A stretch of 64,000 nucleotides of DNA from an uncultured Gemmatimonadales bacterium (GTDB taxonomy: Bacteria; Gemmatimonadota; Gemmatimonadetes; Longimicrobiales; RSA9): NCBI GenBank assembly GCA_963783305.1, contig CAWAMW010000007.1:320001-384000 (forward strand). The letters are read 5' to 3'. Under the pieces are notes generated by a model. It made no database searches, was not told the origin of the DNA, and worked only from the letters and a program-made list of their open reading frames with translations. Positions 1 through 9,010 of the stretch are shown piece by piece (position 1 is the stretch's first letter; each line of letters starts with the position of its first letter). The position numbers and the translations under genes are program-made.

Positions 1-248
1 TACACTACCGCCCAGGGGTACATGAACATCATCTCCATCTCGAAAGCGATGAAGAGGAGGGTCATGGAGTAGTAGCGGACGTGGTAGCGGCTCCAGGCGT
101 GGGTCGCCGGCTCGCCACCACCGAGGAAAGGCGCGGCCTGCGGGTCGGTCCGCGGTCGGCGGTCGAGCCGGTCGAGCACCACCTGCACGGCCACGGCGAG
201 AGCCATGGGCGTCACGAAAAGCACGAGCAGTGCGGCCAGGGTAGTCAT
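1..248 (-). CDS. nuoA: NADH-quinone oxidoreductase subunit A-like protein (partial, runs off left edge)
   Basis: Not in the ORF track. Manual translation from ATG at 248 gives MTTLAALLVLFVTPM...PFLGGGEPATHAWSRYHVRYYSMTLLFIAFEMEMMFMYPWAVV, matching the NuoA pattern VRFY..A.LF..FD.E..F..PWAV. Confidence 0.85.
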   Translation of the reverse strand, partial: MTTLAALLVLFVTPMALAVAVQVVLDRLDRRPRTDPQAAPFLGGGEPATHAWSRYHVRYYSMTLLFIAFEMEMMFMYPWAVV

Positions 249-399
249 GACGCGGTCCGGCCCCGCAGAACCCACGCCAGCATCACGGACAAGGACGGAA
301 CCCGGCCGTCGGCGAGCACCCTGCCCGTGGCCGTCGTGGCGAGCCCCCTTCCGGGGTCTTTACTCAGATCGCGTCATACGACTCCGCGGCTCCGCCCGG

Positions 400-538
400 C
401 CGGGCGAAAACGCCCGGAACGCCGCACGGTACCGCTCGAGCTCCACGCCGATTCGCGCGCCCGGATCTCCTCGTGGTGCGCGCCCAGCGCCCAGTACTCG
501 AGGAACAGCCGCGTATGCTCCGGCTGGTGCGACTGCCG
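400..538 (-). pseudogene. Relic of the C-terminal domain of a TetR-family regulator, frameshifted, with no HTH
   Basis: Reads HQPEHTRLFLEYWALGAHHEEIRAR, then after a 2-nt shift in a (GC)n run near 452-461 continues IGVELERYRAAFRAF; codon usage is coding-like. Confidence 0.55.
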
Positions 539-588
539 CGTCTGCGCCGCTTCGGTCCCGCTGGACGTGCGGTGGGACGTGCGCCCTC

Positions 589-640
589 TATTGACCAATT
601 GGAAAGTAAGTACTATGTTGAACTTTCCGAGTGGTCAATA
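589..640. promoter_or_regulatory. 19-bp inverted repeat pair (TetR-type operators) overlapping a sigma70-like promoter
   Basis: TATTGACCAATTGGAAAGT (589-607) matches the reverse complement of ACTTTCCGAGTGGTCAATA (622-640) at 17/19; TTGACC-N17-TATGTT lies at 591-619 on +. Confidence 0.7.
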
Positions 641-712
641 GGCCAGCACCGACCGCTCATCACCACTGGCGATCCGCGCCGGTCGGCTCCTCCCTCTCTG
701 AAGGGATCGCAC

Positions 713-3700
713 ATGAGGACCTCACGAGTGTCGCAGGACGCTTCGGTTGTTGGAGGCCGGGGGGCGACCTGGAGGCGGCCATCGCTGGTGGTGGGGATCG
801 GGGCATCGGCGGGGGGTCTGAAGGCGCTGCAGCAGTTCGTGGAGGCGGTGCCGGCGGACAGCGGGCTGGCGTTCGTGGTGATCCTGCACCTGGATCCGAC
901 GCGGGAGAGCCGGATGGCGGAGCTGCTCCAGGACCGGGCGGCGATCCCGGTGACGCAGGTGGTGGGGCCGACGAGGGTGGCCGCGGATCACATCTACATC
1001 ATTCCGCCGGGCCATGATCTGGCGATGATCGGGGACAGCGTGGTGCTGCGGGATCGCGGGGAGCGAGCGGATCACGCGCCGGTGGATCTCTTCTTCCGCA
1101 CGCTGGCGGAGGCGTTCGGCGCGGACGCGGTGGGGGTGGTGCTGTCGGGCACCGGCGGCGATGGAACGGCTGGAGTCCGCTACATCCGTGGTGCGGGCGG
1201 GATCACGGTGGCGCAGTCGCCGGAAGACGCCGAATACGATGCCATGCCGGTGAGTGCCATTGCTACGGGTCTGATCGACCTGGTGCTGCCGTGCGGGGGC
1301 ATGACGGGGGAGCTGATCCGCCTGAGCCGGAAGCAGTCGGGCGTTGGGAACGAGGCGTCGGGATCCCCGGAGACGGCGAGTGAGACGGACGCGGGGCTGG
1401 CGGCGATCTTCGCGGCGTTGAGGAGCCGCACGGGGCACGATTTCAGCCTGTACAAGCGATCAATGGTGCTGCGGCGCCTGGACCGGCGGCTTCGTTTCAA
1501 CAACGTGGACGCCCTGGCGGACTACGTTCCGCTGCTGGAATCGGATGCGCGGGAGGGTCAGGCGCTGCTGGGTGACTTCCTCATCTCGGTGAGCAGCTTC
1601 TTCCGTGACGGCGAGGAGTTCGAGGCGCTGGCCCGCCTGGTGCCCGCGCTGTTCGTGGGCAAGGAGCCGGGCGAGACCGTGCGGGTCTGGGTGGTGGGGT
1701 GCGCGACGGGGGAGGAAGTCTATTCGGTGGCGATGGTGCTGGCGGAGCATGCGGCGACGCTCCTCGATCCGCCGGAGCTTCAGATCTTTGCCACCGACAT
1801 CGACGAGAAGGGGTACGGGTGGGCCCGAGCGGGGCTCTACACGGCCGCGGCCGTGGCGAACGTGGAGCCCGAGCGGCTGCAGAAGTTCTTCACGAAGGAG
1901 CCGGGTGGGTACAGGATCGCAAAGTCGCTGCGGGAGCGGGTCCTTTTCGCGGGTCACAACGTCCTCCACGATCCGCCTTTCTCGCGCATCGACCTGATCA
2001 CCTGCCGGAACCTCTTCATATATCTGAGGCCGGAGGCGCAGGAGCGCGTGCTGGAGACGTTCCATTTCGCGTTGCGGCCTGGGGGGATGTTGTTTCTGGG
2101 CACGTCGGAGTCGGCGGCGGACTCGGGGTTGTTCGACAAGACCGATGGCGGCGCGAACCGGATCTACCTGCGGGGTGCCGCACCGAGGCGAGCGCCTCCG
2201 CGTGTTTCGGCGGCGGACCCGCAGCGGACCGGGGGGAGCCCGGTGACCTCGCCGGGGGGTGCGAAGGCGACGGGCGCGTCAGGGGAGCGGTTCTCGTATG
2301 GCGCGCTGCACCTCCGCATGCTGGAGGAGTATGCCCCGGCCAGCGTGATCGTCGACGAGCGGTTGAACGTGGTGCACCTGTCCGCGGGTGCCGGGCGGTT
2401 CCTCCACCTGCGGGCGGGGGAGCCGAGCCACAGCCTCCTGGGACTGGCTCGAGAGGATCTGCGGCGCGTCCTGCGCACGGCGCTGCACAGGGTCTTCAGG
2501 GACAGGGTGCCGATCACACGGCGGATCCAGATGGAGGTGGACGGAGCCCGGCGGCCGGTGACGGTGCGCATTCGTCCTTCTCCCGAGGACGGTGCAGCAG
2601 GCCGCTTCGCGCTGATCGTGTTCGAGGCCCACATCGGGTCGGTCGCCGCCCCGGTCAACGAGGCGGAGGGCGAGCCGGATCCGGCCGAGATCGAGTTGGA
2701 GGACGAGCTCCGGGTGATGCGGGATCTGCTGGAGTCGAGCAACCTGGAGCATGACCGGACGATGTCGGAGCTGCAGACGGTCAATGAAGAGATGCAGTCG
2801 GTGAACGAGGAGCAAAGGGCGGCGACCGAAGAGCTCGAGACCGGCCGGGAGGAGATCCAGTCCATCAATGAAGAACTGACCACGATCAACCAGGAACACC
2901 AGAGCACCATCGAGGAGCTGAAGCGGACGAACGCGGACCTTCAGAACCTGATCGAGTCGACCGAGATCGGTACGATCTTCCTGGACCGTTCGCTGCGCAT
3001 CCGGCGCTTCACTCCCATGGCGGCCGCACTCTTCAACTTCGTCGACGCGGACAGGGGTCGATCGCTCTCCGACATCACGCATCGCCTGCGCTACCATTCC
3101 CTGCAGAGCGATGTATCCGACGTGCTCGAGTCGCTGGATCCCATCGAGCGGGAGATGCAGAGTGAAACGGGGGACCCCTATATCGTCCGCATCAGGCCGT
3201 ACCGCTCCATGGACGGGGATTACGACGGCGTGGTCCTTACGTTTTTCGACAATACGGCGCAGCACGACGCGCGGGAGCGGCTGCGGAAGGCGACGCGAGT
3301 GGCCGAGGCGGCCAATATCGCGAAGGGGACCTTCCTGGCCACGATGTCCCATGAGTTCCGCACGCCGCTGAACGCCATCCTTGGCTACGCGGACCTGCTC
3401 CAGAGCCTCGGTCCCCTGAGCCAGGATCAGGAGATGAAGGTCGGCAGGATCAAGGCGGGGGCGTGGCATCTGGCGGCCATGATCGACGATATCCTGAGCT
3501 TCGCGAAGCTGGACGGAGGGTACGAGGAGGTGCACCCGGAGCCCATGGACGCGCGGCTGATCGCGCGGGAGGCCGGGGCGCTGGTGGAGCCGGCGGCGAC
3601 TGCGAAATCGCTGGCCTTCGTCGTGGACGTGCCCGACGAACCGCTGGAGCTGACCACGGACGTGGACAAGGCGCGACAGATCCTGGTCAACCTGTGTGGC

Positions 3701-4015
3701 AACGCGGTGAAGTATACGGATGAGGGCGAGATCCGGCTGGAGGTGCGGGCCGAAACGGGTGGCACGGCCGGCGCGCGCGGGGTGGACGGGGTGGCTTTCG
3801 TCGTACGCGATACGGGGGTGGGCATCGCGCCGGAGCATCATGAGCGGATCTTCGAGCGGTTCTGGCAGGTGGACGGCGCCTCCCCCCGGGCGGCGGGCGG
3901 CCTGGGGATCGGCCTCGCCGCGGCCCGGGAGTACGCCCGGCTGCTGGGGGGGGATGTGAGCGTGGAGAGCGTGCCAGGCGGGGGCAGCACCTTCCGGCTC
4001 TGGCTGCGCCGATGA
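713..4015 (+). CDS. CheB methylesterase/CheR methyltransferase/PAS/histidine kinase fusion
   Basis: CheB triad motifs GASAGG, ILHLD, GTGGDG; CheR motifs GCATGEE, ATDID, CRNLFIY; coiled coil; PAS; H-box MSHEFRTPL, N-box NAVKY, G-boxes DTGVGI and GLGIGL. Confidence 0.95.
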   Translation: MRTSRVSQDASVVGGRGATWRRPSLVVGIGASAGGLKALQQFVEAVPADSGLAFVVILHLDPTRESRMAELLQDRAAIPVTQVVGPTRVAADHIYIIPPGHDLAMIGDSVVLRDRGERADHAPVDLFFRTLAEAFGADAVGVVLSGTGGDGTAGVRYIRGAGGITVAQSPEDAEYDAMPVSAIATGLIDLVLPCGGMTGELIRLSRKQSGVGNEASGSPETASETDAGLAAIFAALRSRTGHDFSLYKRSMVLRRLDRRLRFNNVDALADYVPLLESDAREGQALLGDFLISVSSFFRDGEEFEALARLVPALFVGKEPGETVRVWVVGCATGEEVYSVAMVLAEHAATLLDPPELQIFATDIDEKGYGWARAGLYTAAAVANVEPERLQKFFTKEPGGYRIAKSLRERVLFAGHNVLHDPPFSRIDLITCRNLFIYLRPEAQERVLETFHFALRPGGMLFLGTSESAADSGLFDKTDGGANRIYLRGAAPRRAPPRVSAADPQRTGGSPVTSPGGAKATGASGERFSYGALHLRMLEEYAPASVIVDERLNVVHLSAGAGRFLHLRAGEPSHSLLGLAREDLRRVLRTALHRVFRDRVPITRRIQMEVDGARRPVTVRIRPSPEDGAAGRFALIVFEAHIGSVAAPVNEAEGEPDPAEIELEDELRVMRDLLESSNLEHDRTMSELQTVNEEMQSVNEEQRAATEELETGREEIQSINEELTTINQEHQSTIEELKRTNADLQNLIESTEIGTIFLDRSLRIRRFTPMAAALFNFVDADRGRSLSDITHRLRYHSLQSDVSDVLESLDPIEREMQSETGDPYIVRIRPYRSMDGDYDGVVLTFFDNTAQHDARERLRKATRVAEAANIAKGTFLATMSHEFRTPLNAILGYADLLQSLGPLSQDQEMKVGRIKAGAWHLAAMIDDILSFAKLDGGYEEVHPEPMDARLIAREAGALVEPAATAKSLAFVVDVPDEPLELTTDVDKARQILVNLCGNAVKYTDEGEIRLEVRAETGGTAGARGVDGVAFVVRDTGVGIAPEHHERIFERFWQVDGASPRAAGGLGIGLAAAREYARLLGGDVSVESVPGGGSTFRLWLRR

Positions 4016-5193
4016 CCGCTCCACAGGTGGCGGCGATGCCGGAGGTCATGGCCGGCGCCGCTCCCGCACGGGCGGAGATCCTGACTCAGGGAGGGAACCT
4101 GATCGTCGTGTTGGCTGGCGACTGGCGGCTGGAGGCGGAGGCGCCGCGGTTCGAGGAACTCCTGGACGCCGGACCCGCCGCGGGGGCGGCCGGCGGGACC
4201 ATCGCGGCCGTCCGCTTCGACAGCAGCGCGCTGGGGGCGTGGGACAGCAGCCTGCTGGTGTTCCTGCAGCATGCCCACGGGTACTGCGAAGCACGGGAGC
4301 TGGATCTCGATGACTCGGGGCTGCCCGAACCGATCACGAGACTGCTTGCCCTGTCCAGGGCGGTGCCGGAACGCGAGGCAGCGCCGGACCCGCCCCGGGT
4401 CTCTCGGCTCGCCCGGCTCGGGAATGCCGGCATCTCCGCGTGGGACTCGGGGCTGGACGCCGTCACGTTCACGGGCCAGGTGACGGACAGCGTGATCCGG
4501 CTGCTGCTGCGCCGGGTCCGGATGCGATGGCGTGACTTCTGGGTGGTGGTGCAGACGAACAGCTCGGGCGCGTTCCCCATCGTCACGCTCATCGCCATCC
4601 TCATCGGCGTGATCATCGCCTTCCTGGGTGTGGTGGTCCTGCGGCGGTTCGGCGCCGGGTACTACGTGTCGTATCTGGTCGGGTACGGCATCCTGCGGGA
4701 GATGGGCGCGCTGATGACCGGCATCATCATGGCGGGGCGGACGGGCGCCGCGTTCGCCGCCGAGCTGGGCAGCATGAAGATCACCGAGGAGATCGACGCG
4801 TACACAACCCTCGCCATCTCACCCATCGACCACCTGGTGCTCCCCCGCGTTCTCGGCCTCCTCGTGATGATGCCGCTGCTCGTGATCTACGCCGATTTCA
4901 TCGCCATTGGGGGCGGGATGCTCGTAGCCATCGGGCTCCTGGACCTGACGCCGACCCAGTTCGTGGGTGGTCTGCTGTCCGTGGTCACCCTCTCGGACGC
5001 CGTGCTCGGCGTCTTCAAGGGCGGCGTTTTCGGCCTCATCATTGGCCTTGCCGGATGCATGAAGGGACTCCAGACCGGCTCGGACGCCGGGGCGGTGGGT
5101 CGGTCGGCCACGTCGGCGGTGGTGCTGGGCATCACGCTGATCATCGTGGCCAACGCGCTGATCGACTGGCTCGCGGTCCTGGTACACGTATGA
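4012..5193 (+). CDS. mlaE: MlaE-family ABC permease with N-terminal STAS-like domain
   Basis: WDSS STAS-like N-terminus; REMGALMTGIIMAGRTGAAFAAELGSMKITEEIDA; ATGA overlap with the upstream gene. Confidence 0.92.
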   Translation: MTAPQVAAMPEVMAGAAPARAEILTQGGNLIVVLAGDWRLEAEAPRFEELLDAGPAAGAAGGTIAAVRFDSSALGAWDSSLLVFLQHAHGYCEARELDLDDSGLPEPITRLLALSRAVPEREAAPDPPRVSRLARLGNAGISAWDSGLDAVTFTGQVTDSVIRLLLRRVRMRWRDFWVVVQTNSSGAFPIVTLIAILIGVIIAFLGVVVLRRFGAGYYVSYLVGYGILREMGALMTGIIMAGRTGAAFAAELGSMKITEEIDAYTTLAISPIDHLVLPRVLGLLVMMPLLVIYADFIAIGGGMLVAIGLLDLTPTQFVGGLLSVVTLSDAVLGVFKGGVFGLIIGLAGCMKGLQTGSDAGAVGRSATSAVVLGITLIIVANALIDWLAVLVHV

Positions 5194-5987
5194 CCGCCGC
5201 CCAGCTCGCCGGCGCCGGGCGCGGGGCCCCCGGGCCGCCCACCATCGAGGTGAGCGATCTGATGATGATGTACGGGTCGCTCCTCATCATGAAGGAGCTG
5301 ACCTTCTCGGTCACCAAGGGTGAGGTCTTCGTCATCATGGGCGGGAGCGGGAGCGGGAAGAGCACGCTGTTGAAGCACCTGATCGGGCTCAAGGACCCGG
5401 CGCAGGGCAGGATCCTGTTCCACGGTGAGGATTTCGGCGGGGCGGCCCCGGAGGAGCGGAAACGAATGCTTCGCAGGATGGGCGTCCTCTACCAGAACGG
5501 CGCCCTTTGGGGCGGTCTCACCCTCGGGGAGAACGTGGCGCTGCCGCTGGAGGAGTTCACCGCGCTGGACGCCCGGGCCATCGGCGAGGTGGTGGCCCTG
5601 AAGCTGGCGCTGGTGGGGCTCAGCGGGTACGAGGAGTTCTATCCCGCGGCGATCAGTGGCGGGATGCGGAAGCGCGCGGCTCTGGCCCGGGCCATCGCGC
5701 TGGATCCGGAGGTGGTCTTCTTCGACGAGCCGTCGTCCGGCCTGGATCCCATCAGCGCCAGCCGGCTGGACGACCTGATCCTGGAGCTGAAGGCGAGCTT
5801 CGGCACCACCATCATCGTGGTGACCCACGACCTGGCCAGCATCTTCAGGATCGCCGACCGGGCGCTGTTCCTGGACATCGGAGCCAGGACCATGACGGCC
5901 CTCGGCAGCCCCGCAGAGCTGCGGGATGACCCGCCGAGCGAGCAGGTCCACCAGTTCCTCACCCGCAGCAGCGAAGGCGCATCATGA
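5190..5987 (+). CDS. mlaF: MlaF/Mkl-family ABC ATPase
   Basis: Walker A GGSGSGKS, signature ISGGMRKR, FFDEPSSGLDP, VTHD; ATG at 5190 overlaps the mlaE stop. Confidence 0.92.
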   Translation: MTAAQLAGAGRGAPGPPTIEVSDLMMMYGSLLIMKELTFSVTKGEVFVIMGGSGSGKSTLLKHLIGLKDPAQGRILFHGEDFGGAAPEERKRMLRRMGVLYQNGALWGGLTLGENVALPLEEFTALDARAIGEVVALKLALVGLSGYEEFYPAAISGGMRKRAALARAIALDPEVVFFDEPSSGLDPISASRLDDLILELKASFGTTIIVVTHDLASIFRIADRALFLDIGARTMTALGSPAELRDDPPSEQVHQFLTRSSEGAS

Positions 5988-6970
5988 GCATCCGCGCGAA
6001 TCCCACGGCCATCGGGTCGTTCCTGATCGGCGGCCTGGTCCTGCTGGTAGCGGGGACGGCGACGCTGGCGTCCACGGCCTGGTTCGACGAGAGGTCCACC
6101 TTCATCAGCTTCTTCGAGGAGTCGGTGAACGGCCTCGAGAATGGCGCCCCGGTGAAGTTCCAGGGCGTGCCCGTGGGGAATGTGACCGGGATGCGGATCC
6201 AGATCGACGAGCGCGACAAGACGTTCCAGGTCCCCGTGGAGTACGAGATCGACCTCACCCGCCTGAGGAACCAGACGGGGACCTTCGTCGACCTGGACGA
6301 AAGCGGCGTGCTGGAACGCCAGATCGCCGACGGCCTCCGCGCACAGCTGCAGATGGAGAGTATCGTCACCGGCCAGCTCTACATCGAGCTCAGCTACCGC
6401 ACCGACCCGGCGCCGCCGGAGCTGGAAGAGCGGCGCACCCCCTGGCCGGAGATTCCTACCTCGCCGTCCCTCCTGGCGGCGCTGGGCACCGGCGCGGGCA
6501 GCCTCGTGGCCGACATCCTCAGGGTGCTCTTCCAGGTCAATGAGATGCTGGCCGAAATCGACATGCCCCAGATCAACGAAGCCGTGATGGCGTCCGCGGA
6601 AGCGGTGGAAGGGCTGGTCGCGGGGCCGGAGCTCCAGGCAGCCCTCGAGCAGCTGCCGGGCCTGACGGCCCAGGCCAACCGGACCATGGAGGAGCTGGGA
6701 CGCCTCGCCGTGAACGCGGACGCCGCCATCGCGCCGATCCAGCTCCAGCTGGAGGGGACGGCCACGGAGCTGACGGCCACCCTCGAGGTCATGCGCAGGA
6801 CGCTGGAGGAGACGCACGGTCTGCTATCCACCGACTCCGGGCTCGGCTACGAGCTCCAGGAGACGCTGACCAGCCTCAGGGAAGCCGCGGACGCGCTCAA
6901 CCTGCTCGTCACCTCCCTCGAGCAGAACCCCGACATGCTGTTGCGCGGCCGGAAGCCGCCGGAGAACTGA
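5984..6970 (+). CDS. mlaD: MlaD/MCE-domain (PqiB-like) protein
   Basis: N-terminal TM, SVNGLENGAPVKFQGVPVGNV, coiled-coil C-terminus ending LEQNPDMLLRG. Confidence 0.9.
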   Translation: MSIRANPTAIGSFLIGGLVLLVAGTATLASTAWFDERSTFISFFEESVNGLENGAPVKFQGVPVGNVTGMRIQIDERDKTFQVPVEYEIDLTRLRNQTGTFVDLDESGVLERQIADGLRAQLQMESIVTGQLYIELSYRTDPAPPELEERRTPWPEIPTSPSLLAALGTGAGSLVADILRVLFQVNEMLAEIDMPQINEAVMASAEAVEGLVAGPELQAALEQLPGLTAQANRTMEELGRLAVNADAAIAPIQLQLEGTATELTATLEVMRRTLEETHGLLSTDSGLGYELQETLTSLREAADALNLLVTSLEQNPDMLLRGRKPPEN

Positions 6971-6972
6971 TC

Positions 6973-7686
6973 ATGAACTGGAACGTGGCACGAAGCGCAT
7001 CTCTCGCGGTCCTCGGGGTGCTGATCCTGGCCATGATGCCGGGGTGCTTCAGCCTGGGGCGTACCTCCCCAACGGTGGAGCAGTACGTGATCGGGGGAGC
7101 CGAGCCGGCCGCCGCGGTGGGGCCCGTTCCCGGGGTCGACGGTGTGGCGGTGGGCCTGCGGGGGATCGATCTCGCCCCCTACCTCGCGACGCGCGCCATC
7201 GTGGTGCGGCGCGGGAGCCATGAGGTCGTGACGTCCGACTACCACCGGTGGGGCGAGGACCTCGCCGAGGGCATCAACCGGGCACTCGCCCGGCACCTGG
7301 CCGCGACGGAGTCGTTCCGTGCGGTGGATGTGGCGCCGTGGCCGGTTCGTACGTCGTACGACTACGTGGTCCGGATCCACATCACACGGTTCGAGGGCGT
7401 GGTGCCCGGGGCGACGTCTCCGACGGCGGGAGCGGCTGCCGGAGCAGGGGAGGGAGCGTCCCACGTGGGCGCCTCGTGGGAGATCATCCGGCAGCAGGAC
7501 GGGACGGTGCTCGCCCGCGGAGCTACGGAGCACGTGGAGGAGGGCTGGGTGGTAGGTGATTACGCAGCCCTCGTCGCCCTCCTGGATGAGGGGCTGGCCG
7601 TGCTGGCCCGTGAGGTGACGGCAGCCATTCGGGGGCTGGCGGTGAAGGCGGCGGACGCCAGCCGGACCGGCGCTGACCGGCGATGA
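6973..7686 (+). CDS. PqiC-family ABC transport auxiliary lipoprotein
   Basis: Lipobox MPGC; LAPYL..., YHRWGEDL motif; position downstream of the MCE gene. Confidence 0.85.
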   Translation: MNWNVARSASLAVLGVLILAMMPGCFSLGRTSPTVEQYVIGGAEPAAAVGPVPGVDGVAVGLRGIDLAPYLATRAIVVRRGSHEVVTSDYHRWGEDLAEGINRALARHLAATESFRAVDVAPWPVRTSYDYVVRIHITRFEGVVPGATSPTAGAAAGAGEGASHVGASWEIIRQQDGTVLARGATEHVEEGWVVGDYAALVALLDEGLAVLAREVTAAIRGLAVKAADASRTGADRR

Positions 7687-8891
7687 GCGAGCTCCCACCC
7701 GTTCACCGCCGCAGGCTCGAGAGCGTGTCGTTCCTGGCTCTCGTCATCATCACGTCGGCGGTCTTCTTCTGGATGATCCGGGCCTTCATCTGGCCCGTCT
7801 TCTGGGCCGGGATCCTGGCAGTGCTGTTCCACGGGATCCACACCCGGCTGGTGACCGCGTGCCGCAACAGGGCCACGCCGGCCGCGCTCCTCTCCATGCT
7901 GGCCGTGGTGATCTTCGTGGTGCTGCCCTTCGCGCTGGTGGGCGGGGCCATCGCGCGGCAGGCGCTGCTGCTGTATCGCGGCATCGCCTCCGGGGAGATC
8001 AGCGTGCAGGGGCCCATCGACATGCTCGAGCGTTCTCTTCCCGCGGTCTCGGGGTTCCTCCGTCGTTACGGCGTCGATCTGGCCCAGCTGCGGGTCTCGG
8101 TGCAGGAGCTGGCGGCCTCGGCTACTCAGATCGTGGCGACGCGCGCCCTAAGCGTGGGCCAGGACGCGCTGACGGCCACGCTCCTGTTCGTCCTCATGCT
8201 CTACCTCCTGTTCTATTTCTTCCGGGATGGCGCCTCGATCGTAGCGCGGATCGTACACGTCCTTCCGGTGGGTGAAGAGCGCAGGATCCGACTCCTGCTG
8301 AAGTTCACCCAGGTGGTACGGGCCACGGTGAAGGGCAACCTGATCGTGGCCGTGGTCCAGGGCGGACTCCTCACCCTGCTCTTCTGGATCATCGGGATCC
8401 AGACCGCCCTGTTCTGGGGCGTGGTGACGGCGGTGCTCTCCCTCCTCCCCGCCGTTGGCGCCAGCTTCGTATGGCTACCCGGTGCGGCCATCATGTTCGC
8501 TACGGGTCAGGTGGGTCAGGGCGTGGTTGTGCTGCTCGGGGGGGTAGTGATCACGGCGGCGGAGAACGTCCTTCGACCCGTCGTCATCGGCCGGGACACG
8601 CAGATGCCCGATTACCTGATCCTCGTTTCCACGCTCGGCGGCATCATGGTTTTCGGGCTGGCCGGTTTCGTGGCCGGGCCGGTCATCGCCGCGCTCTTCC
8701 TGGTGCTCTGGGAGCTGTTTGCCGAGGAATACGGGCGAGCCGATGGTAGACGGGACCTGCTGGGCGGCGTGGCCTCAGGCCCGCCCAGCGTGACAGAGCG
8801 GCCGCAAGCTCCAGCCGTAGACACAGACGGCGCACCGCTACTGGAACAGACCGAGCGGACACCACACCAGTCCGTCGACCGGACCTACTGA
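7683..8891 (+). CDS. AI-2E family (PerM/YdiK-like) transporter
   Basis: Multi-TM protein with AVVQG, LLPAVGAS, ENVLRP and STLGGIMVFGLAGFVAGPV motifs. Confidence 0.9.
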   Translation: MSELPPVHRRRLESVSFLALVIITSAVFFWMIRAFIWPVFWAGILAVLFHGIHTRLVTACRNRATPAALLSMLAVVIFVVLPFALVGGAIARQALLLYRGIASGEISVQGPIDMLERSLPAVSGFLRRYGVDLAQLRVSVQELAASATQIVATRALSVGQDALTATLLFVLMLYLLFYFFRDGASIVARIVHVLPVGEERRIRLLLKFTQVVRATVKGNLIVAVVQGGLLTLLFWIIGIQTALFWGVVTAVLSLLPAVGASFVWLPGAAIMFATGQVGQGVVVLLGGVVITAAENVLRPVVIGRDTQMPDYLILVSTLGGIMVFGLAGFVAGPVIAALFLVLWELFAEEYGRADGRRDLLGGVASGPPSVTERPQAPAVDTDGAPLLEQTERTPHQSVDRTY

Positions 8892-8928
8892 ACGGACCGA
8901 GCGGCAACGACAATGCGCGAGCTTCGAA

Positions 8929-8944
8929 TGGCAGAGAGTTTGCC
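8929..8944 (+). promoter_or_regulatory. sigma54 -24/-12 promoter of the cytochrome c gene
   Basis: TGGCAGAGAGTTTGCC with exact GG-N10-GC spacing, about 65 nt before the ATG at 9011. Confidence 0.7.
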
Positions 8945-9010
8945 CTCCTGCTGGCGGGGTGCGCCCTGAGACGGGTGAGACTCTGAGAGCCCATGACAGG
9001 AGAGGATTTC

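Noticed and set aside
81..641. 186-aa and 129-aa + strand ORFs at the window start
   Set aside because: Arg/Pro-rich low-information translations overlapping the nuoA-like gene and TetR relic on the minus strand
473..712. N-terminal extension of the CheB/CheR ORF
   Set aside because: It spans the promoter and operator; the ATG at 713 has a purine-rich RBS and precedes the CheB domain
8967..8988. Three TGAGA repeats upstream of the cytochrome c gene
   Set aside because: Irregular 9- and 8-bp spacing and a very short motif; cannot be distinguished from chance
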